From Gemmatimonadales bacterium (GTDB taxonomy: Bacteria > Gemmatimonadota > Gemmatimonadetes > Gemmatimonadales > GWC2-71-9), in the NCBI GenBank assembly GCA_038321865.1, contig JBBQFH010000030.1, forward strand, positions 1 to 39,677: a DNA stretch of 39,677 nt. Reading direction: 5' to 3'. A program made the translations under genes and the position numbers. Below the pieces are notes generated by a model. The model was not told where the DNA came from. It ran no database searches and saw only the letters and a program-made list of their open reading frames with translations. Shown piece by piece: positions 17,085-26,356 of this stretch (the first letter of the stretch is position 1; the number at the start of each line of letters is the position of its first letter).

Positions 17085-17975
17085 TCAGGCCATCGCGCGG
17101 AGCAGCTGCATCATGCGGACGTCGTAGGGATCGGGCGTCGTATCGTCGTCCGCAATTTCATAGAGCTGTTGCGGAGTTTCCAGAATGAGCGGCACGCCGG
17201 CCGTGCGGCGGTCGCGCATCAGCCAGCCGAACGGCTCCCTGCCGATCAGTCCCTCCCCGATCAGCTTGTGGCGGTCCTTGTTGGAGCCCATCGCGCCCTC
17301 GCTGTCGTTGAGGTGGAAGAACGAGGGCCGCTCGCCCGTCACCGCCTCGAACTCGTCGAGAATGGACGCCTGGGCTTCGGCCGACGCGGAGATGTCGTGG
17401 CCGGCGGCGAAGAGGTGACAGGTGTCGAGACCGTAACCGGTCCGGGAGCGGAGGGCCGGCGGAATAGATGCCAGGATCGCGCCGATCTCCTCCGGCGTCC
17501 GGCCCATGGTCGCGCCGGCGCCGGCGGTGTTTTCGATCAGGAGCCGCGTTTCTCCGGGGACGGTCTCCAGCGCATGGGTGATCGCGCCGGCGATCCGGCC
17601 GGCCGCCGCGTCACGGTCGCCGTCGGTGGCGGCGCCCGGATGAAAACAGACCGCGCCGATCCCGAGTGCGGTCGAGCGCTCGAGCTCCTTGGCGAGGCCG
17701 GCCCGCGCCCGGCTCGACTTCACCTCGTCGGTCGATGCGGTGTTCAGGACGTAGGCAGCGTGCGCCACCACCCGCCGGGGGTCGATTCCCGCCTGGGCGA
17801 GCGCCGCGCGAAAGCGGTCGACCCGGTCCGCCTTGATCGACGTGCGGTCGCCGTAGAATTTCGGGATCGCCGTGAAAATCTGCAGCGCCGTCATGCCGGC
17901 GGCTCCGGCCCGGAGCGCGGCCTTGTCGATGCCGCCGTTGTCGATCGTGTGCGCCCCGAGAAAGTGCCCACTCAT
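17085..17975 (-). CDS. nfo: Endonuclease IV
   Basis: GAH, HAAYVLN, FHPG, IENTAGAG, LDTCHLFAAG, FHLNDS, DRH and LETP metal-ligand motifs. Confidence 0.95.
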   Translation of the reverse strand: MSGHFLGAHTIDNGGIDKAALRAGAAGMTALQIFTAIPKFYGDRTSIKADRVDRFRAALAQAGIDPRRVVAHAAYVLNTASTDEVKSSRARAGLAKELERSTALGIGAVCFHPGAATDGDRDAAAGRIAGAITHALETVPGETRLLIENTAGAGATMGRTPEEIGAILASIPPALRSRTGYGLDTCHLFAAGHDISASAEAQASILDEFEAVTGERPSFFHLNDSEGAMGSNKDRHKLIGEGLIGREPFGWLMRDRRTAGVPLILETPQQLYEIADDDTTPDPYDVRMMQLLRAMA

Positions 17976-18361
17976 TCATGCCCGTCCGGTTCCTCCGGCC
18001 GCGCCGGCCGGAACATGAGATCGAACGCCAGGAACAGCGTCTTCGAAAAAGGGTAGAACAGGATCGGCGCCAGAATCATCAGCAACCCGCCGCCATACTG
18101 CAGCAGGGCCCAGGGCGGTGAGGGCCAGGTCGCCAGCAGCACGCCCGCAAACACCACCGCGAACAGCAGCTCGGCCGCCACGATGTTGAACATGTACGCC
18201 CCGACCAGGTAACCCTGCTCCCCGCGCTCCAGCGCCAGCCCGCAGCTGGGACAGGTGGGACGCATGCGGAACCAGCCGGAGAAGATCCCGCGTGCGCCGC
18301 AATTGGGGCAGCGCCGGAGCAGTGCCCGGCCGGTCATGCGCAGCGCGTGGAAGGGCGTCAC
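17972..18361 (-). CDS. DUF983 family membrane protein
   Basis: RRCPNCG..GIF..WFRM..TCPSCG double CxxC followed by two TM helices; ATGA overlap with nfo. Confidence 0.8.
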   Translation of the reverse strand: MTPFHALRMTGRALLRRCPNCGARGIFSGWFRMRPTCPSCGLALERGEQGYLVGAYMFNIVAAELLFAVVFAGVLLATWPSPPWALLQYGGGLLMILAPILFYPFSKTLFLAFDLMFRPARPEEPDGHE

Positions 18362-18435
18362 CTCTCAAAACTACGAGATCGGGGGCACACCGCCAGCGCG
18401 ATGTGCCCCCGCTCGTGTCGCCCGCCTGTCGCCGC

Positions 18436-19416
18436 TCAGCGCTGCGGCTCGTTCACCGGCGGCGCGGTCTCCTGCGTCGCGGCGATGCTGCTGTCCGGCT
18501 CCACGATGCGAGCCGAGTCCTTGAGCATCCGGATCTGGAGCTGGAAGCTCTGCGCCAGCCCGGACAGCGTGATCGGCGTGGACCCGGTGCTGTCCGCCCG
18601 TCCCTGGACCCGGGCCAGGTTCACCGCCGACTTGGCGTAGGTGCTGTCGGCATCAAGCGCCGCCGAGAACGCCTCGGTCGCCTTGGCGTAGTGACCGGTT
18701 TCCTCGAGCGCGATGCCGAGATTGTTCTGGAACACCGGCGCGTTCTCCTTCAGCTCGACGGCGCGCGCCAGCGGCGCGAGCGCTTCCTCGGGCCGGCCCA
18801 GCTGGATGTAGAGCAGGCCGAGGTTGTTCATTGCCCACACGTCGCGCTCTTCATTGAGCAGGGCCTGCTGGTAAGCATCAATGGCGCCCTCGAAATCGCC
18901 CTTGGCCTCGAGCACCCGGCCCTGCAGCCGGCGGGCGATACCCGACGAGGAGTCGATCCCGATCACCGTGTTGATGCGGTCCAGCGCGTCATCGGTGCGG
19001 CCCAGCTCGATCAGCACGCGACTCGAGTTGAGCAGCGTCTTGAGGTGCGTCGAGTCGATGGCCAGCGCGCGGTCGAACGCGACGGCCGCGGCCTTCAGGT
19101 CACCTTGCTTCCAGGACGCCAGCCCCGCCATGTACTGCGCGGTGACGTTGCCCGGGTGCCGCTCGGCGTACGAAGTGAAGAGCCTGGCGGCCTCGGAATA
19201 GTGCCCGGTACGATACGCCGCGTCGCCGTCGGCGTACGTCACCACGACCGGCGCCTCCGCCGGCGTACCGGTCACGGCGGCCACCGCATGCACCTCGGGC
19301 GTGCGGGCGCCGGCAACGGTGGTGGTGGTCGGCTTCGTGTCGTGCCCGCACGCGACGGCGGCGAGCGGGAACAGGATTGCGACGGCGGCGAGCGGGATGC
19401 GGCGAGCGGCGGACAT
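18436..19416 (-). CDS. Tetratricopeptide-repeat lipoprotein
   Basis: GAGGAG RBS; lipobox-like AVAC; several TPR units (AMNNLGLLY, FQNNLGIAL). Confidence 0.85.
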   Translation of the reverse strand: MSAARRIPLAAVAILFPLAAVACGHDTKPTTTTVAGARTPEVHAVAAVTGTPAEAPVVVTYADGDAAYRTGHYSEAARLFTSYAERHPGNVTAQYMAGLASWKQGDLKAAAVAFDRALAIDSTHLKTLLNSSRVLIELGRTDDALDRINTVIGIDSSSGIARRLQGRVLEAKGDFEGAIDAYQQALLNEERDVWAMNNLGLLYIQLGRPEEALAPLARAVELKENAPVFQNNLGIALEETGHYAKATEAFSAALDADSTYAKSAVNLARVQGRADSTGSTPITLSGLAQSFQLQIRMLKDSARIVEPDSSIAATQETAPPVNEPQR

Positions 19417-19471
19417 GATGTTCTCCTCGTGTGGGGCGCCAATGGCGCGGTGGACTGCGCGTCCGGTAAAG

Positions 19472-19486
19472 GCAAGCGCGCGGCCA
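19472..19486 (-). promoter_or_regulatory. Putative sigma54 (-24/-12) promoter of the TPR lipoprotein gene
   Basis: Minus strand TGGCCG-CGCGC-TTGC (GG-N10-GC) about 55 nt upstream of the ATG; adjacent gene encodes a GAFTGA activator. Confidence 0.6.
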
Positions 19487-19572
19487 CACGGGAAGCGAGT
19501 GGAACGGATCGGCGAAATAGCTGTGGTGGAACGAGTTCCGCCGGCGATGCGATGGAGGCCGGAGTCAGCGGC

Positions 19573-19621
19573 GTGGCCGGAGGAACACGGTATCCGACGC
19601 GCCGTGTGTCCGGCCGGACAC
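19573..19621. promoter_or_regulatory. Putative tandem enhancer (UAS) sites
   Basis: Perfect 16-bp palindrome GTGTCCGGCCGGACAC (19606-19621) and a 12/16 copy GTGGCCGGAGGAACAC (19573-19588), 33 bp apart. Confidence 0.5.
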
Positions 19622-19626
19622 GAGCG

Positions 19627-20973
19627 CTACCGCCGAATGTCCAGTCGCCGCATGATCTTCAGCAGGCTCGCATGATCCGCCAGCCCGAGTGTCTCGGCGG
19701 TGCGGGTGATGTGCCAGTCATGCTCCTCCAGCGCCGACAGCACGATGCGATACTCGGCCTCGCTCCGGAGCGCCTGGTAGGTCCGCGCCTCCGAAGGGGC
19801 ACGCGGCGCGGCACCGGAGATCTCCGCCGGAAGGTGTTCCGGCCGGATCATTTCGCCATCAGCCGCGATGATCATGCGCTCGACCGCGTTGCGGAGCTCG
19901 CGGACGTTGTTGCGGTGCCAGTCGTAGCGCATCAGCAGCTCGAGTGCATCACCGGAGAGGCGTTTGGGCAGGACCCCGAAGCGGGCGCAGGTCGCCGCCA
20001 GGAAGCGCTCGGCCAGCAGCGCGATATCACTCGGCCGATCGCGGAGCGGGGGGACCGTGACGACGTGCACGTTCAATCGGTAGTAGAGGTCCTGACGGAA
20101 CCGTCCCGCCGCGATTTCGGCCTCGAGGTCGCGGTTGGTCGCGGCGACGACGCGGGCGTCGACCTTCACCGGACGGGTGCTGCCGAGCCGCGTGACGGTG
20201 CGGTCCTCCAGGACCCGCAGCAGCTTGGCCTGCGCCGCGAGCGCCAGCTCGCCGATCTCATCGAGAAAGAGGGTGCCTCCGCCGGCCGCTTCGAAGGCAC
20301 CGTGGCGTGTGGCGACAGCCCCGGTGAACGCGCCGCGCTCATGGCCGAAGAGCTCACTCTCCACCAGCTGCTCCGGCAGTGCGGCACAGTTGATCGCGAT
20401 GAACGGGCCGGCCGGGGCGGCACCCAGGCGGTGCAGGTCCCGGGCGACCAGCTCCTTGCCGGAACCGCTTTCGCCGGTAATCAGCACCGTGCTCGGCACC
20501 GCGGCGACCCGGGCGATCAGCTCACGGAGCCGCTCGATCGCCGCGCTTCGGCCGACCAGCGAGCTCTCGCCCAGCCGGCGCTGCAGCGTGGACACCTCGA
20601 GCCGGAGCCGCCGGCGCTCAATCGCCGCCGCGATCTCGTGCACGACGCGCTCCATCGGCTCCGCCTTGTCCACGAAACCGTACGCGCCGAGCCGCACCGC
20701 CTGCACGCAGCGCTCGAAGCTGCCGGTGCCGGTGTAGACGATCACGGGTGTCTCGATTCCCTTCTTCGCCAGCGCGCGCAGCACCTCGAACCCGTCCATG
20801 CCGGGCATCTCGAGGTCGAGGATGACACAGTCCACCGGCTGGTCCGCCAGCTGACTGAGCGCCGCCTCGCCGCCGTCGGCGACGGACACATCGTATCCCC
20901 CGACCCGCTTCAGGTCGTAGGCATACTGCTCGGCCATCGGCCGCACGTCGTCCACCACCAGCACGAGCGTCAT
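19627..20973 (-). CDS. Sigma54-dependent response regulator (NtrC/AtoC family)
   Basis: Receiver (VVDD, LDLEMP), Walker A GESGSGKE, GAFTGA, LFLDEIGE, FRQDLYYRL and a C-terminal HTH. Confidence 0.95.
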   Translation of the reverse strand: MTLVLVVDDVRPMAEQYAYDLKRVGGYDVSVADGGEAALSQLADQPVDCVILDLEMPGMDGFEVLRALAKKGIETPVIVYTGTGSFERCVQAVRLGAYGFVDKAEPMERVVHEIAAAIERRRLRLEVSTLQRRLGESSLVGRSAAIERLRELIARVAAVPSTVLITGESGSGKELVARDLHRLGAAPAGPFIAINCAALPEQLVESELFGHERGAFTGAVATRHGAFEAAGGGTLFLDEIGELALAAQAKLLRVLEDRTVTRLGSTRPVKVDARVVAATNRDLEAEIAAGRFRQDLYYRLNVHVVTVPPLRDRPSDIALLAERFLAATCARFGVLPKRLSGDALELLMRYDWHRNNVRELRNAVERMIIAADGEMIRPEHLPAEISGAAPRAPSEARTYQALRSEAEYRIVLSALEEHDWHITRTAETLGLADHASLLKIMRRLDIRR

Positions 20974-22658
20974 GCGTCGCCACCTTCCACCGGGAGCTCG
21001 ACCGTGAAGCAGGTGCCCGCGCCCGGCTGAGTCTGCACCCTGAGCGTCCCACCCAGGTCGGCCACCAGGCGCCGCACCACGCTCAGACCCAGGCCGGTAC
21101 CGCCGGGCTTGGTCGTATGAAAATCGTCGAAGGCGCGGTCGAGCGCCTCGCGGGTCATGCCGGGCCCGGTGTCGGCGACGGCGATGCGGACGCCGGTGCC
21201 GCTTTCATTGCGCACTGATGCGGTGGTGACCGTCACCTCACCCTGCTTGCCGTCAAGGCTGCCCACCGCGTTGCCGACGAGATTCTCCAGGATGCGCCGG
21301 AGGGCGATGTTGTCGGACCGGATCGGCGGAAGGCCGGCGGCGAGCTCGGAGCGAACCTCTGCCGCGCGCGGCTCGATGCCCCGGAGCGTTTCCCGCACGA
21401 TCGCGTTCACGTCGCATCGCCCGCGGTCCAGGGCCGGAGACAGCCGGGCATAGTTGCGCGCCAGCGTTTCCAGATAGTCTACGCTCGAATCCAGCGTTCC
21501 GCGCCGCTCGGCAAACACCTCGGCCAGCCGCTCCGGCTCGTCCCGCGCGACCTCGCCGAGGTGGCGCACGACGTGCCGGATCGGGGCGAGTCCATTCTTG
21601 ACGTCGTGGTTGACCTGCCGCGCCACATCGCCGACGGTGGCACGCCGCTCCGCCTCACGGAGGCGAATGGCGCCGGCGCGGAGCCGGCCGGTCAGCGCGC
21701 CGAGCAGGCGCGACAGCGCGCCGATCTCATCATGACGGTCGGAGGCGAAATCCTGATCCAGCCGGTCCAGGTCGAGCGCGGCGGTCTTCTCCGCCAGCTC
21801 GGCCAGCGGGCGTCCGATCTGCCGGGCGAGCCAGGCGGCGAGAAGCAGCGCCAGCAGCGTGGTGACGGCGAACGCGGCGAGGAACCAGCGGTCAACCCGC
21901 CGGATGACCTCGTCGAGCGCGCCCGGACGCTGGGCGATCAGCAGATAGGCGCTGTCGGCGGCTGGCGGCGTGGCTGCGGCATCTATGTAGGGAATGCCGA
22001 TTCGGCCGAGCACGCGGCCGCCACGACCGGCATCCACCACCGGTGCCGCGTCCGGCGTCGCCAGGGCGACGACGAGATCGGAGTCGGACGCAAACCTCGT
22101 GAGGGCGGTCGAGTCCACTCCGCGACCTCCGACGATGGTGAAGCGCTGTCCGGCGACGGCGAATGAGTCCACCCGCGCGATGACCAGGACAGCTCCGTCC
22201 GGCGTCCGGGCGCGCACCAGCGCGGGCCCCGTGGAGGCGCTCGCAAGCAGTAACGGAAGCTCCGGCATGACCCGGTCGAATTCGTTGCGGAAATGGCCCG
22301 AGGAGAGCACGCGCCCGCTGCTGTCCGCTATCTGGAGCATCGCCAGGCCGGACAGCCGGAGCGCGTCGCCCGCATAGTCCAGCAGCCAGCCGCGCTCGGT
22401 CTCATCGTGCTGGATGACCGCGAGCCGAAACCGGTTGCTCGCCGCCAGCTCGGCGCCGAGTGCCGCGAGCGTCCGGCCGGTCCGCCCCGCGTCGGCCGAA
22501 AGGTCGGCGCGCACCACGCCGGCGAGCGCCTCGACGCGCTGCTCGTACTGGCCGGCGATCTGGCGGGTCATTTCCCGGCGAATGCCGAAGACGAGCAGCG
22601 CCAGCGGCATCAGCATCCCGGCCGCGAAGGCGACGTACAGCCGAATGCGGAAGGTCAC
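20970..22658 (-). CDS. Membrane sensor histidine kinase with HAMP domain
   Basis: Two TMs, HAMP, H-box RQVNHDVKN, N-box ENLVGNA, DTGPGM, GTGLGL. GTG 22658 overlaps the upstream stop; ATGA overlap with the regulator. Confidence 0.92.
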   Translation of the reverse strand: MTFRIRLYVAFAAGMLMPLALLVFGIRREMTRQIAGQYEQRVEALAGVVRADLSADAGRTGRTLAALGAELAASNRFRLAVIQHDETERGWLLDYAGDALRLSGLAMLQIADSSGRVLSSGHFRNEFDRVMPELPLLLASASTGPALVRARTPDGAVLVIARVDSFAVAGQRFTIVGGRGVDSTALTRFASDSDLVVALATPDAAPVVDAGRGGRVLGRIGIPYIDAAATPPAADSAYLLIAQRPGALDEVIRRVDRWFLAAFAVTTLLALLLAAWLARQIGRPLAELAEKTAALDLDRLDQDFASDRHDEIGALSRLLGALTGRLRAGAIRLREAERRATVGDVARQVNHDVKNGLAPIRHVVRHLGEVARDEPERLAEVFAERRGTLDSSVDYLETLARNYARLSPALDRGRCDVNAIVRETLRGIEPRAAEVRSELAAGLPPIRSDNIALRRILENLVGNAVGSLDGKQGEVTVTTASVRNESGTGVRIAVADTGPGMTREALDRAFDDFHTTKPGGTGLGLSVVRRLVADLGGTLRVQTQPGAGTCFTVELPVEGGDA

Positions 22659-23665
22659 GGAGCTGCCGGCGGCACGATCCGGAGCGACCCATCGGCGTCG
22701 GCCGAGACACGAAGTGCCCCGCGGCGGAGGACGGCGCGCGGGCGGCTGTCGATCAGGGGATCGATCGACCAGTTCGCGGGGATCCGGGGCACGATCCCGC
22801 ACGCCGCAGGCATGGTTCTGGGCAGGGGAAGCACGTATCCGGCATAGGCGCCGGAGGTGAGGGCGGCGTCCAGTATATCAGGCGCAATCGCCGCGATCGC
22901 GAGTTTCGGCGATCCCGCGGCGACCCGCTCCGCCAGCTCACGCGCGATCTGGTCGCCGTCCGGAAAGCCAATCCGATAACCGGAGCGGGGCAGGGCGTCT
23001 CGCCCCCGTGCGCAGGACACGCTGTCCGCCCACCAGAAGGGTGGCTCGGCCGGACGCGACTCGGCGCTGACTGCGCCGCGCAGGTCGCCGACTCGGGAGA
23101 GCCCGGGCGCCACCAGTACGTATGTTCGATCCCAGGCCAGCGGTGCGGTGAGGAGATCGGCCCGCCGATCGGCGTAGGCCAGGGCCACGGCATCACGGGT
23201 GACCAGCAGGTCCACGCCGCCGTCGAGCAGATCCCTCGGGTCGGCTCCCGGCACGACCCGCATGACCAGGATCGGGAGACCGGACCCGTCCGGCAGGGCG
23301 AGCAGCGCGCCGTCTCGGTGGAACAGCCGGTAGCGCCCAGCGCCTCGCGAGCTGCCGTCGCAGGAGGCGGACGCGCCGCCCTCCAGCAGCTGGCGAAAGA
23401 CCAGCCGCTCCGCATCGTTGGTCGGCTGCGCGATATGGGCCGGATCGACCGCTTCGGTCAGCCCGACGGTGATGGTGTCCCGCGGGCTGGCGGCGGGCAG
23501 CGTCGCACAGAGGTCCGTCGCTGCAGGAGCGACGGGCGCCGGGGCGATGGGCGCCGGGGCCTTTACGGCCCCGGTATGCGCCGCGCCGCCACACCCGCTC
23601 GCGAGCAGTGCGGCGGCCACGAGGGCCGGTGCGGTGCGACGGAGCGGGCTGAGCGCGTGCGCCAT
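22655..23665 (-). CDS. Lipoprotein resembling a reduced family-5 solute-binding protein
   Basis: Lipobox ASGC; DTITVGLTEAVDP...NDAERLVFRQL and LLDGGVDL resemble SBP_5 segments; only 336 aa. Confidence 0.6.
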   Translation of the reverse strand: MAHALSPLRRTAPALVAAALLASGCGGAAHTGAVKAPAPIAPAPVAPAATDLCATLPAASPRDTITVGLTEAVDPAHIAQPTNDAERLVFRQLLEGGASASCDGSSRGAGRYRLFHRDGALLALPDGSGLPILVMRVVPGADPRDLLDGGVDLLVTRDAVALAYADRRADLLTAPLAWDRTYVLVAPGLSRVGDLRGAVSAESRPAEPPFWWADSVSCARGRDALPRSGYRIGFPDGDQIARELAERVAAGSPKLAIAAIAPDILDAALTSGAYAGYVLPLPRTMPAACGIVPRIPANWSIDPLIDSRPRAVLRRGALRVSADADGSLRIVPPAAP

Positions 23666-23729
23666 TGGGGAGGCGGAAATCTAACCCGCAATCTGGCGGG
23701 CGCCGTTCGGGCGTGGTAGCGTAATCCGC

Positions 23730-25526
23730 ATGGCACACGCCGTCGTGCTCAGCTGGATCGATTACCTGATCATGTTCGTGTATTTCGGGTTCGTGCTGGG
23801 CGTCGGCGTCGCCCTCCGCGGCTCGATGCGCACGAGCAGCGATTTCTTCCTCTCCGGCCGCTCGGTCCCGGCGTGGATCACCGGCCTGGCATTCGTTTCC
23901 GCCAATCTTGGCGCCCAGGAAGTGATCGGCATGGGGGCGTCGGGCGCGAAATACGGGATCGCTACGAGTCACTTCTACTGGGTCGGCGCGATTCCGGCGA
24001 TGGTGTTCGTCGGCCTGTTCATGATGCCGTTCTACTACGGCTCCCGCGCGCGCTCGGTCCCCGAATACCTCAAGCTCCGCTTCGACGAGAAGACCCGCGC
24101 GCTGAACGCCGCGTCCTTCGCCGTGATGACGATCTTTTCGTCCGGCGTCTCGATGTACGCCATGGGCAAGCTGTTCAACCTCCTGCTCGGCTGGAGCTTC
24201 GGCGGAAGCATGCTGGTGGCCGCCGCCATCGTTCTCGGGTACACCTTTCTCGGCGGACTCACCAGCGCGATCTACAACGAGGTCCTGCAGTTCTTCCTGA
24301 TCGTCTTCGGGTTCATCCCGCTGGTGTTTCTCGGGCTGCGGGACGTCGGCGGCTGGAGCGGCCTCACCGCGCGGCTGGCCGCCGTGGCCACCGAGCGTGG
24401 CTTTCCGGCCGGCGCGTACACGCACGCCTGGACCTTCATGGGCGGTGCGTCCCGCAATCCGGTGGGCGTCGAGTGGTTCGGGCTGATCATGGGATTGGGA
24501 TTCGTGCTGTCGTTCGGCTACTGGTGCACCGATTTCCTGGTGGTGCAGCGCGCGATGGCAGCCAATTCGATGTCGGCGGCGCGGCGGACCCCCCTGATCG
24601 GCGCGCTCCCCAAGATGCTGTTCCCGTTTCTGGTGATCCTGCCCGGGATGATCGCCATGGTGGCCGGGTCGAACGCCGTCCAGGCGCCGGCCGGCTCGGC
24701 GGTCCACGCCGCACCGGCCGGTGCGGTGCAGGGCATCATCCCCGCCAAGGTCGACGCGGCCACCGGCGGCGCCCAGCTCGACCGCGACGGCCACGTCGTG
24801 CTCGATTACGATCTGGCGACGCCGCTCATGCTGCTGCACTACTTTCCCACCGGCCTGCTGGGCCTCGGCCTCACCGCGCTGCTGGCCTCGTTCATGTCGG
24901 GAATGGCCGGGAACGTGACGGCGTTCAACACGGTGTGGACCTACGACCTGTACCAGAGCTACATCCGGCCCGGCGCCTCCGATGCGCACTATCTCTGGAT
25001 GGGCCGCTTCGCGACCGTGGCGGGGATCGGGCTGTCGCTCGCGGCGGCGTATGTCGCCGCGTCGTTCAACAACATCATGGAGCTGCTGCAGCTCGTCTTC
25101 GCCTTCGTCAACGCGCCGCTCTTCGCTACGTTCGCGCTCGGGATGTTCTGGCGGCGGGCAACGGGACACGGCGCCTTCACCGGGCTTGCGGCCGGCATTC
25201 TGGCCGCCGCGGTGCATCACGGCGTCTCGCTGCCGGCCGGCGCCGCCGCCGGGTTCAAGGGCGGCTATCTTGGCACGCTGTTCCTGTTTCCGAGCGAGCT
25301 GGCGCAGACATTCTGGACCGCCGTCGCCGCCTGGACCACCTGCTTCGTGGTGACCATCGTGGTGAGTCTCGCGACGACGCCTCGGCCCGAGGCGGAGCTC
25401 AGGGGGCTGGTCTACTCGCTGACACCCCGGCCGGCGGCTGAACGACTGCCGCTGCTGCACCGGCCGGCGACGCTCGCGGTGATCGTGCTCACGGCCACCG
25501 CGCTGCTCAACCTGGTGTTCTTCTGA
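23730..25526 (+). CDS. Sodium:solute symporter (SSS family)
   Basis: DFFLSGRS, SVPEYLKLRF, GYWCTDFLVVQR, ALLASFMS; more than 12 hydrophobic segments. Confidence 0.93.
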   Translation: MAHAVVLSWIDYLIMFVYFGFVLGVGVALRGSMRTSSDFFLSGRSVPAWITGLAFVSANLGAQEVIGMGASGAKYGIATSHFYWVGAIPAMVFVGLFMMPFYYGSRARSVPEYLKLRFDEKTRALNAASFAVMTIFSSGVSMYAMGKLFNLLLGWSFGGSMLVAAAIVLGYTFLGGLTSAIYNEVLQFFLIVFGFIPLVFLGLRDVGGWSGLTARLAAVATERGFPAGAYTHAWTFMGGASRNPVGVEWFGLIMGLGFVLSFGYWCTDFLVVQRAMAANSMSAARRTPLIGALPKMLFPFLVILPGMIAMVAGSNAVQAPAGSAVHAAPAGAVQGIIPAKVDAATGGAQLDRDGHVVLDYDLATPLMLLHYFPTGLLGLGLTALLASFMSGMAGNVTAFNTVWTYDLYQSYIRPGASDAHYLWMGRFATVAGIGLSLAAAYVAASFNNIMELLQLVFAFVNAPLFATFALGMFWRRATGHGAFTGLAAGILAAAVHHGVSLPAGAAAGFKGGYLGTLFLFPSELAQTFWTAVAAWTTCFVVTIVVSLATTPRPEAELRGLVYSLTPRPAAERLPLLHRPATLAVIVLTATALLNLVFF

Positions 25527-25741
25527 TGTCGGGTCCGGGCGCGCTCGACGTCCGCGTCCCCATCGGCGCGATGTTCACCCTGGTGGGCACGCTGCTGGTG
25601 CTCTACGGCTTCGGCACCCGCGGCGACGCCGAGCTGTACGCCCGCTCGCTCGCGCTCAACGTGAATCTCTGGTGGGGCGGAGCCATGCTCGTCTTCGGGC
25701 TGGTGCTGCTGGCCCTCAGCCGCTCCGCCGGACGCCGCTGA
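25526..25741 (+). CDS. Small two-TM protein coupled to the SSS transporter
   Basis: TGATG overlap with the symporter stop; DVRVPIG...NVNLWWG with two hydrophobic helices. Confidence 0.75.
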   Translation: MSGPGALDVRVPIGAMFTLVGTLLVLYGFGTRGDAELYARSLALNVNLWWGGAMLVFGLVLLALSRSAGRR

Positions 25742-25819
25742 AGCAACGCCCGCCAATTCCCCGTAGGGGAGAGCGGCCGCGGCACGTCCGGCCGTTCCAC
25801 TCATCACCGCAGGAGTCTT

Positions 25820-26317
25820 ATGCGCCCGATCCTCGCGCTGGCCGTCGTTGCCGCCGCCGGCTGTGCCGGCCATCCCGCGTCCGTGCCGGTGCAGGCGAGC
25901 GCGGGTGAAGTCGCGGCGCTCGCCGGCCGCTGGGAAGGCGAGTACAGCAGCACTGAAACCGGCCGCGGCGGAAGCATCGTCTTCACGCTCACCGCCGGCC
26001 GGGATTCGGCCCAGGGCGACGTCCTCATGATTCCGGCCGGGAGCCGGCAGGCGGTCGTGTCCGCGCTGCCGGGCGGGCCGCCGTTCACGCAGGCGGGCCC
26101 GACGCCCGCCGTCCTGACCATCCGCTTCGTGCGGCTGGAGCAGGGGCACGTCAGCGGCACGCTCGATCCCTACCGGGCACCGGACTGCGACTGCGTCGTC
26201 AGCACCACGTTCGTGGGCACGCTGGCCGGCGAGCGCATCACCGGCACCTACACCACGCGGGGCGTGCCGCGCGACGCCCCGGTCACCGGACGCTGGGAAG
26301 TTCGCCGCCGCCGCTGA
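25820..26317 (+). CDS. Hypothetical lipoprotein
   Basis: AGGAG RBS; lipobox AAGC; LAGRWEGEY beta-rich domain; PDCDC. Confidence 0.75.
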   Translation: MRPILALAVVAAAGCAGHPASVPVQASAGEVAALAGRWEGEYSSTETGRGGSIVFTLTAGRDSAQGDVLMIPAGSRQAVVSALPGGPPFTQAGPTPAVLTIRFVRLEQGHVSGTLDPYRAPDCDCVVSTTFVGTLAGERITGTYTTRGVPRDAPVTGRWEVRRRR

Positions 26318-26356
26318 GCGACCGCCGTTTTCCTCAATCATCATCCTGGAGTCTGC

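Noticed and set aside
18292..21030. 912-aa plus-strand ORF, and similar long ORFs at 5184-7274, 13809-15662, 23193-25460, 30063-32270 and 37862-39475
   Set aside because: They are antisense shadows of well-supported genes; high GC makes stops scarce and they carry no motifs.
25745..25800. Small hairpins (TCCCC-GTA-GGGGA; CGGCCG pair) as ncRNA or terminator
   Set aside because: Short stems, no U-tract and no recognisable RNA family.
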